Below, piece after piece: positions 9,767 to 20,017 of a stretch of DNA of 64,000 nt. The stretch lies in contig CAVPRW010000015.1 in assembly GCA_963707985.1 (NCBI GenBank), forward strand, positions 32,001 through 96,000, in the 5' to 3' direction. Under the pieces are notes generated by a model. It made no database searches. It was not told the DNA's origin and worked only from the letters and a program-made list of their open reading frames with translations. The position numbers and the translations under genes were made by a program. Each line of letters starts with the position of its first letter. Positions within the stretch are counted from its first letter, which is position 1. Source of the stretch: an uncultured Nitrospinota bacterium. GTDB lineage: Bacteria; Tectomicrobia; Entotheonellia; J063; CAVPRW01.

Positions 9767-10459
9767 CCGTATTGGCATTGGAGATCCCTGAGAGCGGCAT
9801 GTCGATGGCGGCATCGCTCTCGGGGAGCGTAACTCTGCTCCACCGTATCCCTTGCGACACTACCAGAGTGCGCGTTACCGAATTCCCACCGCCACATAGT
9901 AGTGGATCCTATGCGTTGGCGCCAACCAGGGCGATTGAAGCTCCATTGCCATGACTCGGATCAGGCCCGAACCCAAGCAACCGGACTTTGCTGTGACCCG
10001 TCAGGCGCCTGGTGCCTCTCGATAGATTACAGGGCGTTTCCGGCACAGCACGGACGGTCCCGAAGTACCGCAGCAGAGCCCGTCCGCTGTGCCAACGTCT
10101 ACCTGGGAGTTAGACGACGCCCAAAAGCCACAATACGAGAATCAGCACAACAGGCACTCCAAGTAACCAGAGAATGAGCGGATACACCATTGCCTACCTC
10201 CTGTCTGACTTGTCCGACTGTGGAAGTGCTGCACAGTGGCTTCCAGCCGCAGCGAACGTGCTACGCCTCCCGAGTGGCCCGACCCCCCATGAGGGGCAAG
10301 CTTCTGCGGCGAGGAAACCTGTCAGATCAGAAGTAGGAGCAAAGCCCGTGCCAGTACCGCTTACGCCATTACTGGCCAGGAGTTCTTGCCATCGCGTACC
10401 TGATAGAGGGATGGCTGTTCTGGAAGTTGAGGAGTCATGAACACGCCCAGCGGAGAGGC

Positions 10460-11404
10460 TTATACCACTTTCGGCCGGACATCGGTCGCGAAACGCTCCA
10501 TGGCCTGCAGCAAGCCGTTGATTGACGAACTGGGAAAATCGCAGCGAAAATTCTGTATCCCCAATTCCTGGTAACGCTGGAGCGTATCGCTAATTTGCGC
10601 CGGCGTGCCAGTGAAAAGGCTACGCTGACCTGTGGTCGCGCCATCGGTGAACTGGATCGACGAACCCATGGCGAGCGTGATGTCCTGTGGATCGCGGCCG
10701 GCCTGCTGGGCGAAGGCCCGCAGTTGAGCGATTTTGTCTCGCATTTCAGCGGGCGGCAGGTCTGCTGGCGGACGCTGGACCAGGGGTTGCCAGCCATCGC
10801 CCAGCCGGGCCGCGCGCCGAATAGCCTGTGGGGTATGACCGCCGATCCAGATGGGAATGCCGCCCGGTTGCACCGGTCGCGGCTCACAGCGGATGTTGGA
10901 GAATTGATGGAACTCCCCCTGAAAGGACGGATTGTCCTTAGTCCACAACTCCCGATAGATGCGAATACATTCATCGCTGTATGCGCCTCGGCGAGCATAG
11001 GTATCGAGGCCGATGGCTTTGAATTCCTCTTCCATCCATCCCACGCCGGCACCCAGCGTGACCCGCCCATTGGACAGAACGTCGAGGGTCGCGAGCATTT
11101 TCGCCGTCACGATCGGATTGCGGTAGGGGAGAATCAGTACACTTGTCCCCAGACGCAGACGAGACATGCGTCCAGCCACATATCCGATGACAGTCAGCGG
11201 CTCCCAATATGGCTCAGAGGGGTTGAAAGGCATTTTCCCACTGGGGTCGTATGGGTAGAACGACTTGACTTCAGTTGGGATGACGATATGATCGCTCAAC
11301 CACATGGTATCGTACCCCAACGCTTCGGCGGTTTCGGCAACACGCCCCAGGTTCGCTGGGGTGGCCATCGGTCCGCGATTCGGAAACACGCATCCGAATT
11401 CCAT
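10460..11404 (-). CDS. LLM class (probable F420-dependent) oxidoreductase
   Basis: WLSDHIVIP, LGTSVLILPYRNP, LATLDVLS.GR...GVGW..EEF, PIWIGG. Confidence 0.92.
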   Translation of the reverse strand: MEFGCVFPNRGPMATPANLGRVAETAEALGYDTMWLSDHIVIPTEVKSFYPYDPSGKMPFNPSEPYWEPLTVIGYVAGRMSRLRLGTSVLILPYRNPIVTAKMLATLDVLSNGRVTLGAGVGWMEEEFKAIGLDTYARRGAYSDECIRIYRELWTKDNPSFQGEFHQFSNIRCEPRPVQPGGIPIWIGGHTPQAIRRAARLGDGWQPLVQRPPADLPPAEMRDKIAQLRAFAQQAGRDPQDITLAMGSSIQFTDGATTGQRSLFTGTPAQISDTLQRYQELGIQNFRCDFPSSSINGLLQAMERFATDVRPKVV

Positions 11405-11453
11405 CGTTGCTCCTCCCTGGCATCAATCAGCAGCCTACACCACTCTGACGATC

Positions 11454-11864
11454 TCACATCCCAGGCTTACGTTGGACCAGTTGCACGAGCACTCCCTTAG
11501 TCTCCCGGGGATGCACGAAGACGACACGGCTAATCGGCTGGCCAGGGCCAGGGTCCCCAATGAGCCGGACACCACGTTGGCGCATCGCCGCTACCTCGGC
11601 TTCGATATCGTCCACGGCCAGGGCCATCAAGTAGACTCCCTCCCCCCGTGCTGCCAGACCTTTGGCGATTGGACCGGTAGCATCAGTGGGCTGAACAAGC
11701 TCGAGGAATCCCCCCCCGGGCAGGTCGTAAAAGGCGTTCTTGAAGCCGTCGTCAGGACGTTCTCCCGTGCGTGAGGGCTTGAGGCCGAAGGTCTTCTCGT
11801 ACTGTGCTATGCCCTCATTGAGGTCGTTCACGGCAATCACGATATGATCGATGTTTTGCACCAC
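11454..11864 (-). CDS. VOC family protein (methylmalonyl-CoA epimerase-like)
   Basis: IDHIVIAVNDL, LELVQP, RGEGVY, FVHPRETKGVLVQL; GTG start after GGAGG. Confidence 0.88.
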   Translation of the reverse strand: MVQNIDHIVIAVNDLNEGIAQYEKTFGLKPSRTGERPDDGFKNAFYDLPGGGFLELVQPTDATGPIAKGLAARGEGVYLMALAVDDIEAEVAAMRQRGVRLIGDPGPGQPISRVVFVHPRETKGVLVQLVQRKPGM

Positions 11865-12236
11865 AAGCTGTCCTCCCCAGATTACAGGTCCATACTCCAT
11901 CGACCAGACGGCCACCGACTAGCCCGCCTCCCTGTTCGAGGCAGTAAGCCATGGCATATTCTGTGGTTGCTCCGGCCACAGAGTCATCTATGAGTCGCTC
12001 AGCAACGAACCAGCCTGGCTGAGTTATGGTCGAGTCTAGCTCATTCGCCTAGCGCCCGACAACCGTTATCATCTCCGGTCACTCGGGCGTTCTCCGCGAG
12101 GCGTCGCGACCGGTGACGCCTCATCTTGTCCTCCCACGTCGGCTCAGCGTATAATCATTTCGGACGACCCGTCAGGGCCAGGCTATCCGGCGAGGTGACG
12201 CCACGTTGGCGACAGCATGCGAGTAACGGAGGATCG

Positions 12237-12689
12237 ATGACCGTGCCAGATCTTCTTCCTGTAGGGTCCCCGGCCCCGGACTTTACCCTGCCGGCATCCG
12301 ATGGCCGGCTAGTGACCCTCAGCGCCCTGAGGGAACACAAGCATGTCGTGCTGATTTTTTATGTGGGCGATAATACACCGGACTGCAACCGGCAACTCTC
12401 ATCGTTGCGGGACGATGTGCCTGAGTTGGAAGGGTTGGACATTACAGTAGTGGGGATCAACCCGGCAGGCATAGAGGAGCATGCGCGCTATGGCATACAG
12501 CTGGGCTTGAATTTTCCCTTGTTGCACGACGCGGATGGACAGATTGCTTCACGATATGGGGCGTTCAATCCGGATCGCTCCGTGCAGCGCTCAGTGTATG
12601 TGGTGGATAGAAAGGGCCTGATCCGCTTTGCTGGACGAGGCATGCACTGGGTTCCTGAGTTCTACGAGATACTCTCAAGTTTGACCTAG
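12237..12689 (+). CDS. peroxiredoxin (AhpC/TSA, Bcp-like), single Cys
   Basis: GSPAPDFTLP, FYVGDNTPDC, FPLLHD, RSVYVVDRKGLIR; GGAGG RBS. Confidence 0.85.
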   Translation: MTVPDLLPVGSPAPDFTLPASDGRLVTLSALREHKHVVLIFYVGDNTPDCNRQLSSLRDDVPELEGLDITVVGINPAGIEEHARYGIQLGLNFPLLHDADGQIASRYGAFNPDRSVQRSVYVVDRKGLIRFAGRGMHWVPEFYEILSSLT

Positions 12690-12699
12690 AGGACAACCG

Positions 12700-12978
12700 T
12701 TACGACGCCGAACGCGCTCGGCGCAGTGGCAGGTTCACCATCAAGGCCCAGGACTCCCTGGTGCGCTGGACATCCATGCTCAAGGTGGCGTTATCGACCT
12801 CGAAATACCGCGACACCACCTCGATTAGCTCTAACCGCAGAGCGTCAAGGGTTTCCGGCGGCAACATCGAGCGATCATGAACCAACACCAGTCGGAGGCG
12901 ATCCTTCGCAATATTCTTGCTGTCGGCGTCATCTCCCTTGCCAAACCATTTCCGGACCATCTCAGCAATGGCGGTCAC
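12700..12978 (-). CDS. minE: cell division topological specificity factor MinE
   Basis: SKNIAKDRLRLVLVHDR motif; directly follows minD. Confidence 0.95.
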   Translation of the reverse strand: MTAIAEMVRKWFGKGDDADSKNIAKDRLRLVLVHDRSMLPPETLDALRLELIEVVSRYFEVDNATLSMDVQRTRESWALMVNLPLRRARSAS

Positions 12979-13787
12979 AACCCTGTCCTCCGAAAGGTGT
13001 CGCTCAGTTTTTTCCCGAGCCGAGACCAGAGGCTGCCATTTTCGCTATAATTGGGGATGGGGACGATCTCACCGCGGAGACGCCGCCCGATCCGCCAGAA
13101 AGCCTTGCTCGCCTCGTATTCCTCGGTAAAGGCCGCGGGATTGCCCTTATTCGTCGAAATCACGATGCCTTGATCCTCGGGGACGATGCCGAGGAGCTCG
13201 ATAGCCAGGATATCGATCACATCCCCTTGATCGAGCATATCCCCACGTCTGACCAGCTCAGAATTCAAGCGATTAATGATGAGCTGGGCCTCGATCTGTT
13301 GCGCGTGAAGGAGGCCGATAATCCGATCCGCGTCGCGGATGGCAGAGACCTCTGGGGTGGTGACCACCACCGCTTGATTGGCCCCGGCGACCGCATTACG
13401 AAAGCCTTGTTCAATGCCGGCGGGGCAATCGATCAAAATATAATCGAACTCTTTCTTTAAATCTTGGCAAAGTTTGCGCATCTGTTCGGGTTCTACCGCG
13501 TTTTTATCGTCGCTTTGTGAGGCGGGTAACAGATAAAGATTCTCATTGCGTTTATCGCGGATGAGCGCTTGTTTCATGCGACAGCGTCCCGCAATCACAT
13601 CGACCAGATGGTAGACGATACGGTTTTCTAGGCCCAGCACCACATCGAGGTTGCGGAGGCCGATGTCCGCATCGATCATACACACCTTACAGCCACTCTG
13701 AGCCAGGACCGAGCCAAGATTTGCGGTAACGGTCGTCTTGCCTACGCCTCCTTTGCCCGAGGTAATGACAATGGCTCGACCATCCAT
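12975..13787 (-). CDS. minD: septum site-determining protein MinD
   Basis: TSGKGGVGKTT, DADIGLRNLD, IDCPAGIEQG, RDADRIIG; C-terminal amphipathic helix. Confidence 0.97.
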   Translation of the reverse strand: MDGRAIVITSGKGGVGKTTVTANLGSVLAQSGCKVCMIDADIGLRNLDVVLGLENRIVYHLVDVIAGRCRMKQALIRDKRNENLYLLPASQSDDKNAVEPEQMRKLCQDLKKEFDYILIDCPAGIEQGFRNAVAGANQAVVVTTPEVSAIRDADRIIGLLHAQQIEAQLIINRLNSELVRRGDMLDQGDVIDILAIELLGIVPEDQGIVISTNKGNPAAFTEEYEASKAFWRIGRRLRGEIVPIPNYSENGSLWSRLGKKLSDTFRRTGL

Positions 13788-13863
13788 GCGCCTATTCTCC
13801 CTTTCCCATGCTATCGCCCTCAGGCCAGCCGGAACGCCCACGACTGACCTTCAGACGTCTTGC

Positions 13864-14610
13864 CTACGAGCCGCCAAGGAGCCGTCTGGGAAAACTGTCG
13901 ACCACGATTTGCTCGGCATCGACTCTGGCGATCTCAGGGCCAGAGTCATGCTTCTCTTGCAATTCCGGTGAGCGGCTGATGAAGTGACCGATCCGCAGCT
14001 GGGTTGGTCTCAGGCTGAGGGCGGTGATAATCGCCGTACTGTTGTCTGGGACACCAGCATGGGCTACTCCACGTAACACCCCCATGACCACGATGTTGCC
14101 TCCGGCGATCAACTCGGCACCCGGATTCACATCACCGAACACCACCAGGTTGTCTTCGGCATAGATACGCTGCCCCGATCGCAAGGGCCCCCTGATGAGC
14201 AGAGCATTATTGTGAGGGAGCGCGGTGTCCTCCGGCAGTGATTCGCGTCGTGTCAGTATCGGTTCGGCGGCTGCAGGAGCATAGACGGGGGGCGGCGGCA
14301 GAGGAGGGGAAATCGGCAGGGTGCTGTCCCCTACACTGGCGCGGATCTCACCGATGGTGAGACCATGTGTGCCGAGAACCTCTCGAATACGTTTGAGATG
14401 GTCGTCGCGAAGTTTCCGCGTACCGACCACCAGGATCACGGCCGCGCCCGTGAAGAATTTGCCCGAGCGCTCGAGGTGTTCTTCGAGCTCGCGCTCGATC
14501 TCGCCAAACGGCGTGCGGGGATCAAGGATCACATGAACACCTTGACCCACCCCTTTGAAAGCGACCTTAGCCTGCTGAGTGTTCAGAAACCGACGTCTCT
14601 CCTGGGCCAT
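13864..14610 (-). CDS. minC: septum site-determining protein MinC
   Basis: LRSGQRI...GDVNPGAELIAGGNIVVMGVLRGVAHAG...PTQLRI. Confidence 0.95.
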   Translation of the reverse strand: MAQERRRFLNTQQAKVAFKGVGQGVHVILDPRTPFGEIERELEEHLERSGKFFTGAAVILVVGTRKLRDDHLKRIREVLGTHGLTIGEIRASVGDSTLPISPPLPPPPVYAPAAAEPILTRRESLPEDTALPHNNALLIRGPLRSGQRIYAEDNLVVFGDVNPGAELIAGGNIVVMGVLRGVAHAGVPDNSTAIITALSLRPTQLRIGHFISRSPELQEKHDSGPEIARVDAEQIVVDSFPRRLLGGS

Positions 14611-14665
14611 CGCACCGTTTCCATGATCTCAGCGTAAGCAAAGGAGTCACCATCTGTGGCTGCTC

Positions 14666-14693
14666 ATTCTAGCCGTTTGGTGGCAATTGTCAA
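14666..14693 (-). promoter_or_regulatory. sigma70-type promoter of minCDE (TTGACA-N16-TAGAAT)
   Basis: Minus strand TTGACAATTGCCACCAAACGGCTAGAAT, ~55 nt upstream of minC. Confidence 0.55.
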
Positions 14694-14749
14694 GCACGCC
14701 TAACACTCGATAAAACCAGGAGATGCCCATAAGCACTCAATTGGTAAGG

Positions 14750-16543
14750 TCAAGCACGCCTCAAATGTCGCCTGACCCCTTCGGAAGATCGCTGAGGATT
14801 CTTGGCATCGACCGCATACAGCATCGGGCTCGAGGCGATCTGGGCGTAGACCCATTCTTTTCCTTCCAGTTTTTTGCCAAGCTTCAGGGTTTCTAGCTTT
14901 TTCCCCCCTTGTGTCCATAATGTTATGGTCGCCGCTGGCTGTTCCAGACCATGCACATCGGGCGCAACCGCCGTCGCCGGCCATTCGTCCTTAAACTCCA
15001 AGTCTTCCAATTTCCATAAGAGGCTTCGGACTTTATGAGGCTCGACCTTGGCCTTGGTGGGCTGCACCTGATTCCAAGTGTCTCCATCCCCCTCCAGCAC
15101 GATGCTGGCATCCGGCTGGCTAATCTCGATCTTCCGGATGTCTCGGGCTTTGAAGGCCAGCAGTTTGAGGTCACGTAACTCCGGTGCCGTTTTCAGGAGG
15201 TCCGCGGCGTCCTTCGCCTCGATCAAATAGACAGCAGGACGCTCCGCCAGCTTGAGGTAGCGACCGCCGTGGTCAGGATCTTCCCGTCCCAACAGGACAG
15301 TCACCGGCTCCGATTTGTCTTTGAGCCAGATGTCGACCTGCGCCGTAGGGTGATCCAAGCCATACGGGCTGAGATCGGTAGCGGCCTCACTCGTAAAGGA
15401 TTTGACCTTGAGCTCTTCAAGGTTACGCAACAGGGTTCGGACTTTGACGGCGTCGGCCTTGGCCTCTAACGGTTGTTTGAGCTGCCAGCGGTCATCGGGA
15501 ATTTTGCCGCAGTTTTCGACGCAGACCACTTCTAGCTTGCTATCGCCATCGCGGATCTCAACCCTCTCCATGCTATCCCGCTTGACCGCCATAAGGGCGC
15601 GGTCGCGCCAGTCGCTCACCGTCTTGGGGAGTTTGTCGAGCAGTTTGGTTTCCACCAGGAAAACGTTGTCCATGGCGCCACGCTTGGCGTTGAGACCGCT
15701 TTTTGCGGTATCCTCGTCGCCAAGTAGCAGGCTCTTCTCGGCCCGATCATCGCCGATGAAGAACGTCAAGCGCCAGCGTGGGGGGTTGAGGCCATATTTC
15801 GCCAGGTCCTGTGGGGCATCGTCGAGGAATTCCTTCACCTTCGCAGCGTTGACGGTACTGATCAAGTCATTGACTTTGGCCTTATCCGCCTTGGCCTCTA
15901 GGGGCGCCACCATCTTCCAGCCCTTATCCCCCTCCGATTCGACCGTAATGACCTGGTCTGCTTGCTGCACTTCGACCCGCTTGACCTGCGTCTGATCCAG
16001 AGCCAGAACAGTCTTATCGCGCAGATTGAAAACGGCTTTGTCAAACTTACTGTACAGACTGGTGGGCACCATGAGGATCTTCGACTGCTCACCTTCACGG
16101 GCATAATAACCGCCCATCGTAGGGGTACGGGCGCCGATGTTCAGAATAATGGGGGTGCCAACGTCTTTGACGGTAGCTTGCACGACGAGACTGGGTTCCT
16201 TCAGGCCGAAATCGCCGACATCGGCCGCCTGCTCGGCGATCACCTTGTCGCGCTTGCCCTCGACCAGACCATCCAAGACCTCATCCACGCTGCGGTCCTC
16301 GGCCTTGGCGCGCACGGGCTCGATGAGCATCCAGCCATCCGTGGCGTCCTTGGTGAGCTTGATCACCTCCTGGCCGCGGCTGATCGTCACCGCTTCGATG
16401 GCGTCTTTCTTGAGTTGAAAGATTCGTTGCGTTGCCTCTTCCGCCGCTTTACGTTGCTCACCACCCTTGACTTCGTACCAGTAGTAATAGCCACCCAGGA
16501 GGGCAGCCACAACGACGAGCCCCAGCGTCGTCTTCCACCTCAT
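14750..16543 (-). CDS. DUF4340 domain-containing membrane-anchored protein (three repeats); probable frameshift in the last ~15 codons
   Basis: N-terminal TM segment; repeated W.l.ePl.aKAd / yGL..P / lRD..l units; follows the gldG-like gene with an ATGA overlap. Confidence 0.85.
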   Translation of the reverse strand: MRWKTTLGLVVVAALLGGYYYWYEVKGGEQRKAAEEATQRIFQLKKDAIEAVTISRGQEVIKLTKDATDGWMLIEPVRAKAEDRSVDEVLDGLVEGKRDKVIAEQAADVGDFGLKEPSLVVQATVKDVGTPIILNIGARTPTMGGYYAREGEQSKILMVPTSLYSKFDKAVFNLRDKTVLALDQTQVKRVEVQQADQVITVESEGDKGWKMVAPLEAKADKAKVNDLISTVNAAKVKEFLDDAPQDLAKYGLNPPRWRLTFFIGDDRAEKSLLLGDEDTAKSGLNAKRGAMDNVFLVETKLLDKLPKTVSDWRDRALMAVKRDSMERVEIRDGDSKLEVVCVENCGKIPDDRWQLKQPLEAKADAVKVRTLLRNLEELKVKSFTSEAATDLSPYGLDHPTAQVDIWLKDKSEPVTVLLGREDPDHGGRYLKLAERPAVYLIEAKDAADLLKTAPELRDLKLLAFKARDIRKIEISQPDASIVLEGDGDTWNQVQPTKAKVEPHKVRSLLWKLEDLEFKDEWPATAVAPDVHGLEQPAATITLWTQGGKKLETLKLGKKLEGKEWVYAQIASSPMLYAVDAKNPQRSSEGVRRHLRRA

Positions 16544-17970
16544 CCGCTCTGTCTCCTCCACATGTAGGTCGCCACACCCGACCCCACGACCACCGCTGGC
16601 AGCACGATCATCGACAGCCAGAAGATCAGCCGCTCTTGGTTAGCCGTCACCGGGGTGAAGAAGGAGCCGCTTTCCTTGGGCCGGATGGCAATAAGATTTT
16701 CCTCCTCCGCCAGCCAACTCACAGTATTGAGGAAAAGGTCACGGTTACCGGAGAGGTTGAGGTAGTTGTTGCTGGCGAAATCCGAATCGCCGAATACCAC
16801 AATGCCGGCCTTTTTCGGCTCTCGATCCGCTGCGCCGCTACGGCGCGACGTCACCGTCGCCACGGCAGCTATCGGCACTGGTCCCTTCTCATCAACCCCT
16901 TCGTTATAGGCCAGGCGACCTTCCCCCTTTGCGATCCCCTGTCGTTCGTCCTGTCCGCGCTCAAGCCAACTATTAGGGCTGGTCTTGGCCAACACTTGAG
17001 CGCTCACCCGCTCCGGCATTTTCTCAGTCGTCTTCACCTCCAGCGCCAGGGGAAGGAAACTGGCGACCTCGAAGTTCTTGGTGATGGGGTGTGCTTCGTA
17101 GCTGGCAATGACTGGGGTGAGATAGTCCATGCCAAACAAGCGGCTCACAGGATCCACCACCACACCCTCTACGACTTGAATGCCGTAGTTCAGCAAATAA
17201 GGTGGCAACCCGGGAGGGCCGTCGGGATCAACCAGAAAGAAGACCTTGCCGCCACGTTCGATGAAGTGTGTAATTTCCGCCAATTCTGGTTCGAGGAGGT
17301 CCTTGTGTGGACCGGCGATGATCAGCATTGAGGCATCATCCGGCAGCTTGCCCTCCGTGAGCAGGTTGAGCCCTTTCACCTCGTAATTTTGGCTCTCGAT
17401 GGCGCGTTTGGCTTCGGAATATCCCTCCCGCTCGGTATTGTTGATCGAGTGCTCACCATGCCCCTCAAGGAAGTACACCACCTTCTTGCCCTCGCGAATG
17501 ACCTTCAACAGGGCGTTCGTGAGGTTCTCCTCGTCGGCAACCAGCACCTTCTCCTCTTTTGCACCACTCTCCAGCACGATCGTACCATACGACGTGATGC
17601 CGTAACGTTTGGCCACACCGGGGTTGCGGTCCGGGTCGATGAACTCGTAGGTAAATTGTTTGCCATAGTAGGCGAATTGATCCAGGAGGTCCTTGGCCGC
17701 CTCCCGCCCGGTCTGGGTATCCTGGTAGAACGCGGTCACTTTCACCGGCTGCGGAAGCTGCGCCAGTAGCTGTTGACTTTGCGGCGACAGAGAGTAGCGC
17801 TTGTTGGCGGTCAGGTCGAAGCGGTGGCTATGGCGTAGGGAAATCGCCTCTACCACGGCAATAATGCCCAGGACAGCGATGGCAGCGATCAGCAGGTTGG
17901 TGCCAAAGCGTACGTGGCGGCCGAAGAGGCGTTGGACCCAAGATCGCCCTTGCTGGCGTGCGTCAGGCAT
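16540..17970 (-). CDS. GldG-family ABC auxiliary protein
   Basis: RFDLTANKRYSLSPQS, YFLEGHGE, VFGDSDF...GNRDLFLNTVSWL. Confidence 0.92.
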   Translation of the reverse strand: MPDARQQGRSWVQRLFGRHVRFGTNLLIAAIAVLGIIAVVEAISLRHSHRFDLTANKRYSLSPQSQQLLAQLPQPVKVTAFYQDTQTGREAAKDLLDQFAYYGKQFTYEFIDPDRNPGVAKRYGITSYGTIVLESGAKEEKVLVADEENLTNALLKVIREGKKVVYFLEGHGEHSINNTEREGYSEAKRAIESQNYEVKGLNLLTEGKLPDDASMLIIAGPHKDLLEPELAEITHFIERGGKVFFLVDPDGPPGLPPYLLNYGIQVVEGVVVDPVSRLFGMDYLTPVIASYEAHPITKNFEVASFLPLALEVKTTEKMPERVSAQVLAKTSPNSWLERGQDERQGIAKGEGRLAYNEGVDEKGPVPIAAVATVTSRRSGAADREPKKAGIVVFGDSDFASNNYLNLSGNRDLFLNTVSWLAEEENLIAIRPKESGSFFTPVTANQERLIFWLSMIVLPAVVVGSGVATYMWRRQSG

Positions 17971-17974
17971 GGTG

Positions 17975-18745
17975 CTATCCCCTCCAGCGATGCGACTCGA
18001 GCGAGCGCAGGGTCAGAAATAGACAGAACACCATAAAGTTGAGGTAAAAAATCACATCCTTGGTATCGATGATTCCCTTGGGAAAACTATCGAAATGCTC
18101 CAGGAGTGAAAGATGTGATAGTAGCCATCCGATGCCGCTGCCGGCGAATTGCGATGACCAGCCGATGACCCACATGAACAGCAGCAGACCGAAGCTGATG
18201 GCGGCGGCGACGATCTGATTCTCGGTGAGTGAAGAGGCGAGCGCCCCGAGGGCGATAAAGGCAGCCCCGAGCAGGAATAAGCCCAGATACCCAGCGAGAA
18301 TCGGACCAACCTCCGGCTGAGCGAAGATGATCAGCAAGACCGGATAGAGAGCGGTGAGGCCGAGCATGATGGTATACACCGCCAAGCAGGCCGAAAATTT
18401 TGCCAGCACGGCCGCCAGGTCGCGCACCGGATAGGTCAGCAGCAACTCGATGGTCCCCTGCTTTTTCTCCTCCGCAAACAGTCGCATGGTCAGCAAGGGC
18501 ATCATGAAGAGCAGAATCACTCCGAGGTTGCCGTAGAGTGGACGCAGCACCCCCTCAGTGACATTGAGGTTGCGGGCCATCATCGGATTGCTCATGGCCT
18601 GGAACCCGATGAAATTGAAGAACGCAAAGCTGCTATAGAAAAAATAACCCGCGATCGTGAGAAACATCACCATCACGACATAGGCGATGGGAGAGACAAA
18701 GTACGCTCGCAGTTCCCTCTTGAAGATCGGCCAGAAACTGCTCAT
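17975..18745 (-). CDS. ABC-2 permease (GldF-like)
   Basis: RELRAYFVSPIAY, TMRLFAEEKKQGTIELLLTYP, SSLTENQIVAA. Confidence 0.92.
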   Translation of the reverse strand: MSSFWPIFKRELRAYFVSPIAYVVMVMFLTIAGYFFYSSFAFFNFIGFQAMSNPMMARNLNVTEGVLRPLYGNLGVILLFMMPLLTMRLFAEEKKQGTIELLLTYPVRDLAAVLAKFSACLAVYTIMLGLTALYPVLLIIFAQPEVGPILAGYLGLFLLGAAFIALGALASSLTENQIVAAAISFGLLLFMWVIGWSSQFAGSGIGWLLSHLSLLEHFDSFPKGIIDTKDVIFYLNFMVFCLFLTLRSLESHRWRG

Positions 18746-19692
18746 GCAGCGCTCTCCTTCTCCTCGGTGACGAGACGCACAAAGACCTCCTCTAATGTCA
18801 AGTCCACCGGCCGCAGCTCGAGCAAACCCCAATTCTGATGCACCATAGCGGCCGCGACCTCCTTGCGGACATCGTAATCTTTCTTGGATTCGATTACACA
18901 GGTCACGACCCGGCCTGGACCGCTCCCATCTTCTTTGACCGTTTGGACACCCGGGATCGCCCCAAGTGCCCGTACAACCTCCGTAGCCGGGCCTTCAACG
19001 CGAACGAGCAAGCGTGACGAGGTCTGGAGTTTGGTCGTCAGGTTCTCGGGAGTATCAACCGCCACCAGGCGTCCGCGGTTGATGATGATGACGCGCTGAC
19101 AGGTCATGCTTACCTCGGGCAAGATGTGCGTGCTGAGGATGACGGTTTTTTGCCCGGCAAGCCCTTTGATCAGCTGACGGATATCGATGATCTGACGTGG
19201 ATCAAGCCCAATCGTCGGCTCGTCGAGGATGAGCACATCCGGATTGCCCAGAAGTGCCTGGGCGAGCGCTACCCGTTGCCGATAGCCCTTGGAGAGCTTG
19301 CCGATGTAGCGGTGCTGCACGTCCTTGATGCCGCAGTCATCCATGACCTGGCCGACCTGTCGCAGTCGTTCGCGGCGTGACAGACCTTTCACCTCGGCGG
19401 CGAACTTGAGAAAGCTGACCACTGGCATGTCGGTATAGAGTGGTGCATTCTCCGGCACATAGCCGAGACGGCGCCGTACCTGCAGCGACTCATTAAAGAC
19501 ATCGTAGCCTGCGATGCGTGCCGTGCCGCTGGTCGGCGGCATGAAGCAGGTGAGAATGCGCATGGTCGTCGTCTTACCCGCCCCGTTTGGCCCGAGGAAC
19601 CCGAGAATTTCCCCCCTCTCAACGACGAATGAAATGTCATCGATGGCTTTGATGGGCCCGTAGGTTTTGCTGAGTTGTTCTACCTCGATCAT
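18742..19692 (-). CDS. ABC ATP-binding protein (GldA-like)
   Basis: GPNGAGKTT, LSKGYRQR, ILDEPT, STHIL. Confidence 0.95.
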   Translation of the reverse strand: MIEVEQLSKTYGPIKAIDDISFVVERGEILGFLGPNGAGKTTTMRILTCFMPPTSGTARIAGYDVFNESLQVRRRLGYVPENAPLYTDMPVVSFLKFAAEVKGLSRRERLRQVGQVMDDCGIKDVQHRYIGKLSKGYRQRVALAQALLGNPDVLILDEPTIGLDPRQIIDIRQLIKGLAGQKTVILSTHILPEVSMTCQRVIIINRGRLVAVDTPENLTTKLQTSSRLLVRVEGPATEVVRALGAIPGVQTVKEDGSGPGRVVTCVIESKKDYDVRKEVAAAMVHQNWGLLELRPVDLTLEEVFVRLVTEEKESAA

Positions 19693-20017
19693 CCCTCCCA
19701 CCTCCTTGCCTAGATCCTCAATGGGCCTGGATCGCTTGTTATGTTAGTGCATGCCAAGTGAGGAAATCAAGGGGGACTCACGCAGCCTCATCGGGAGATT
19801 CTCGCCAGGAAATATCCCTCAGTGCTAAGATCAGCGCTGCTGATTGAAGAGGCGGATTGGCAGATTAGCCCCGTCGAATTGGGCAATATTATAGGTTTAC
19901 AGAGGTTAGCTCCTCTCTAGTTTTCCCTGGTGGATTCCTGATTAGAGGCAGGCTGTGCCTCTCCCTATACGCGAACCCGACACCTTTGAGTGTATTAGTG
20001 TATAGAGGAGGCGGCCG

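Noticed and set aside
14750..19692. Gliding motility machinery
   Set aside because: GldA/F/G-like plus DUF4340 operons are widespread ABC systems; no GldK-N or T9SS genes are present here.
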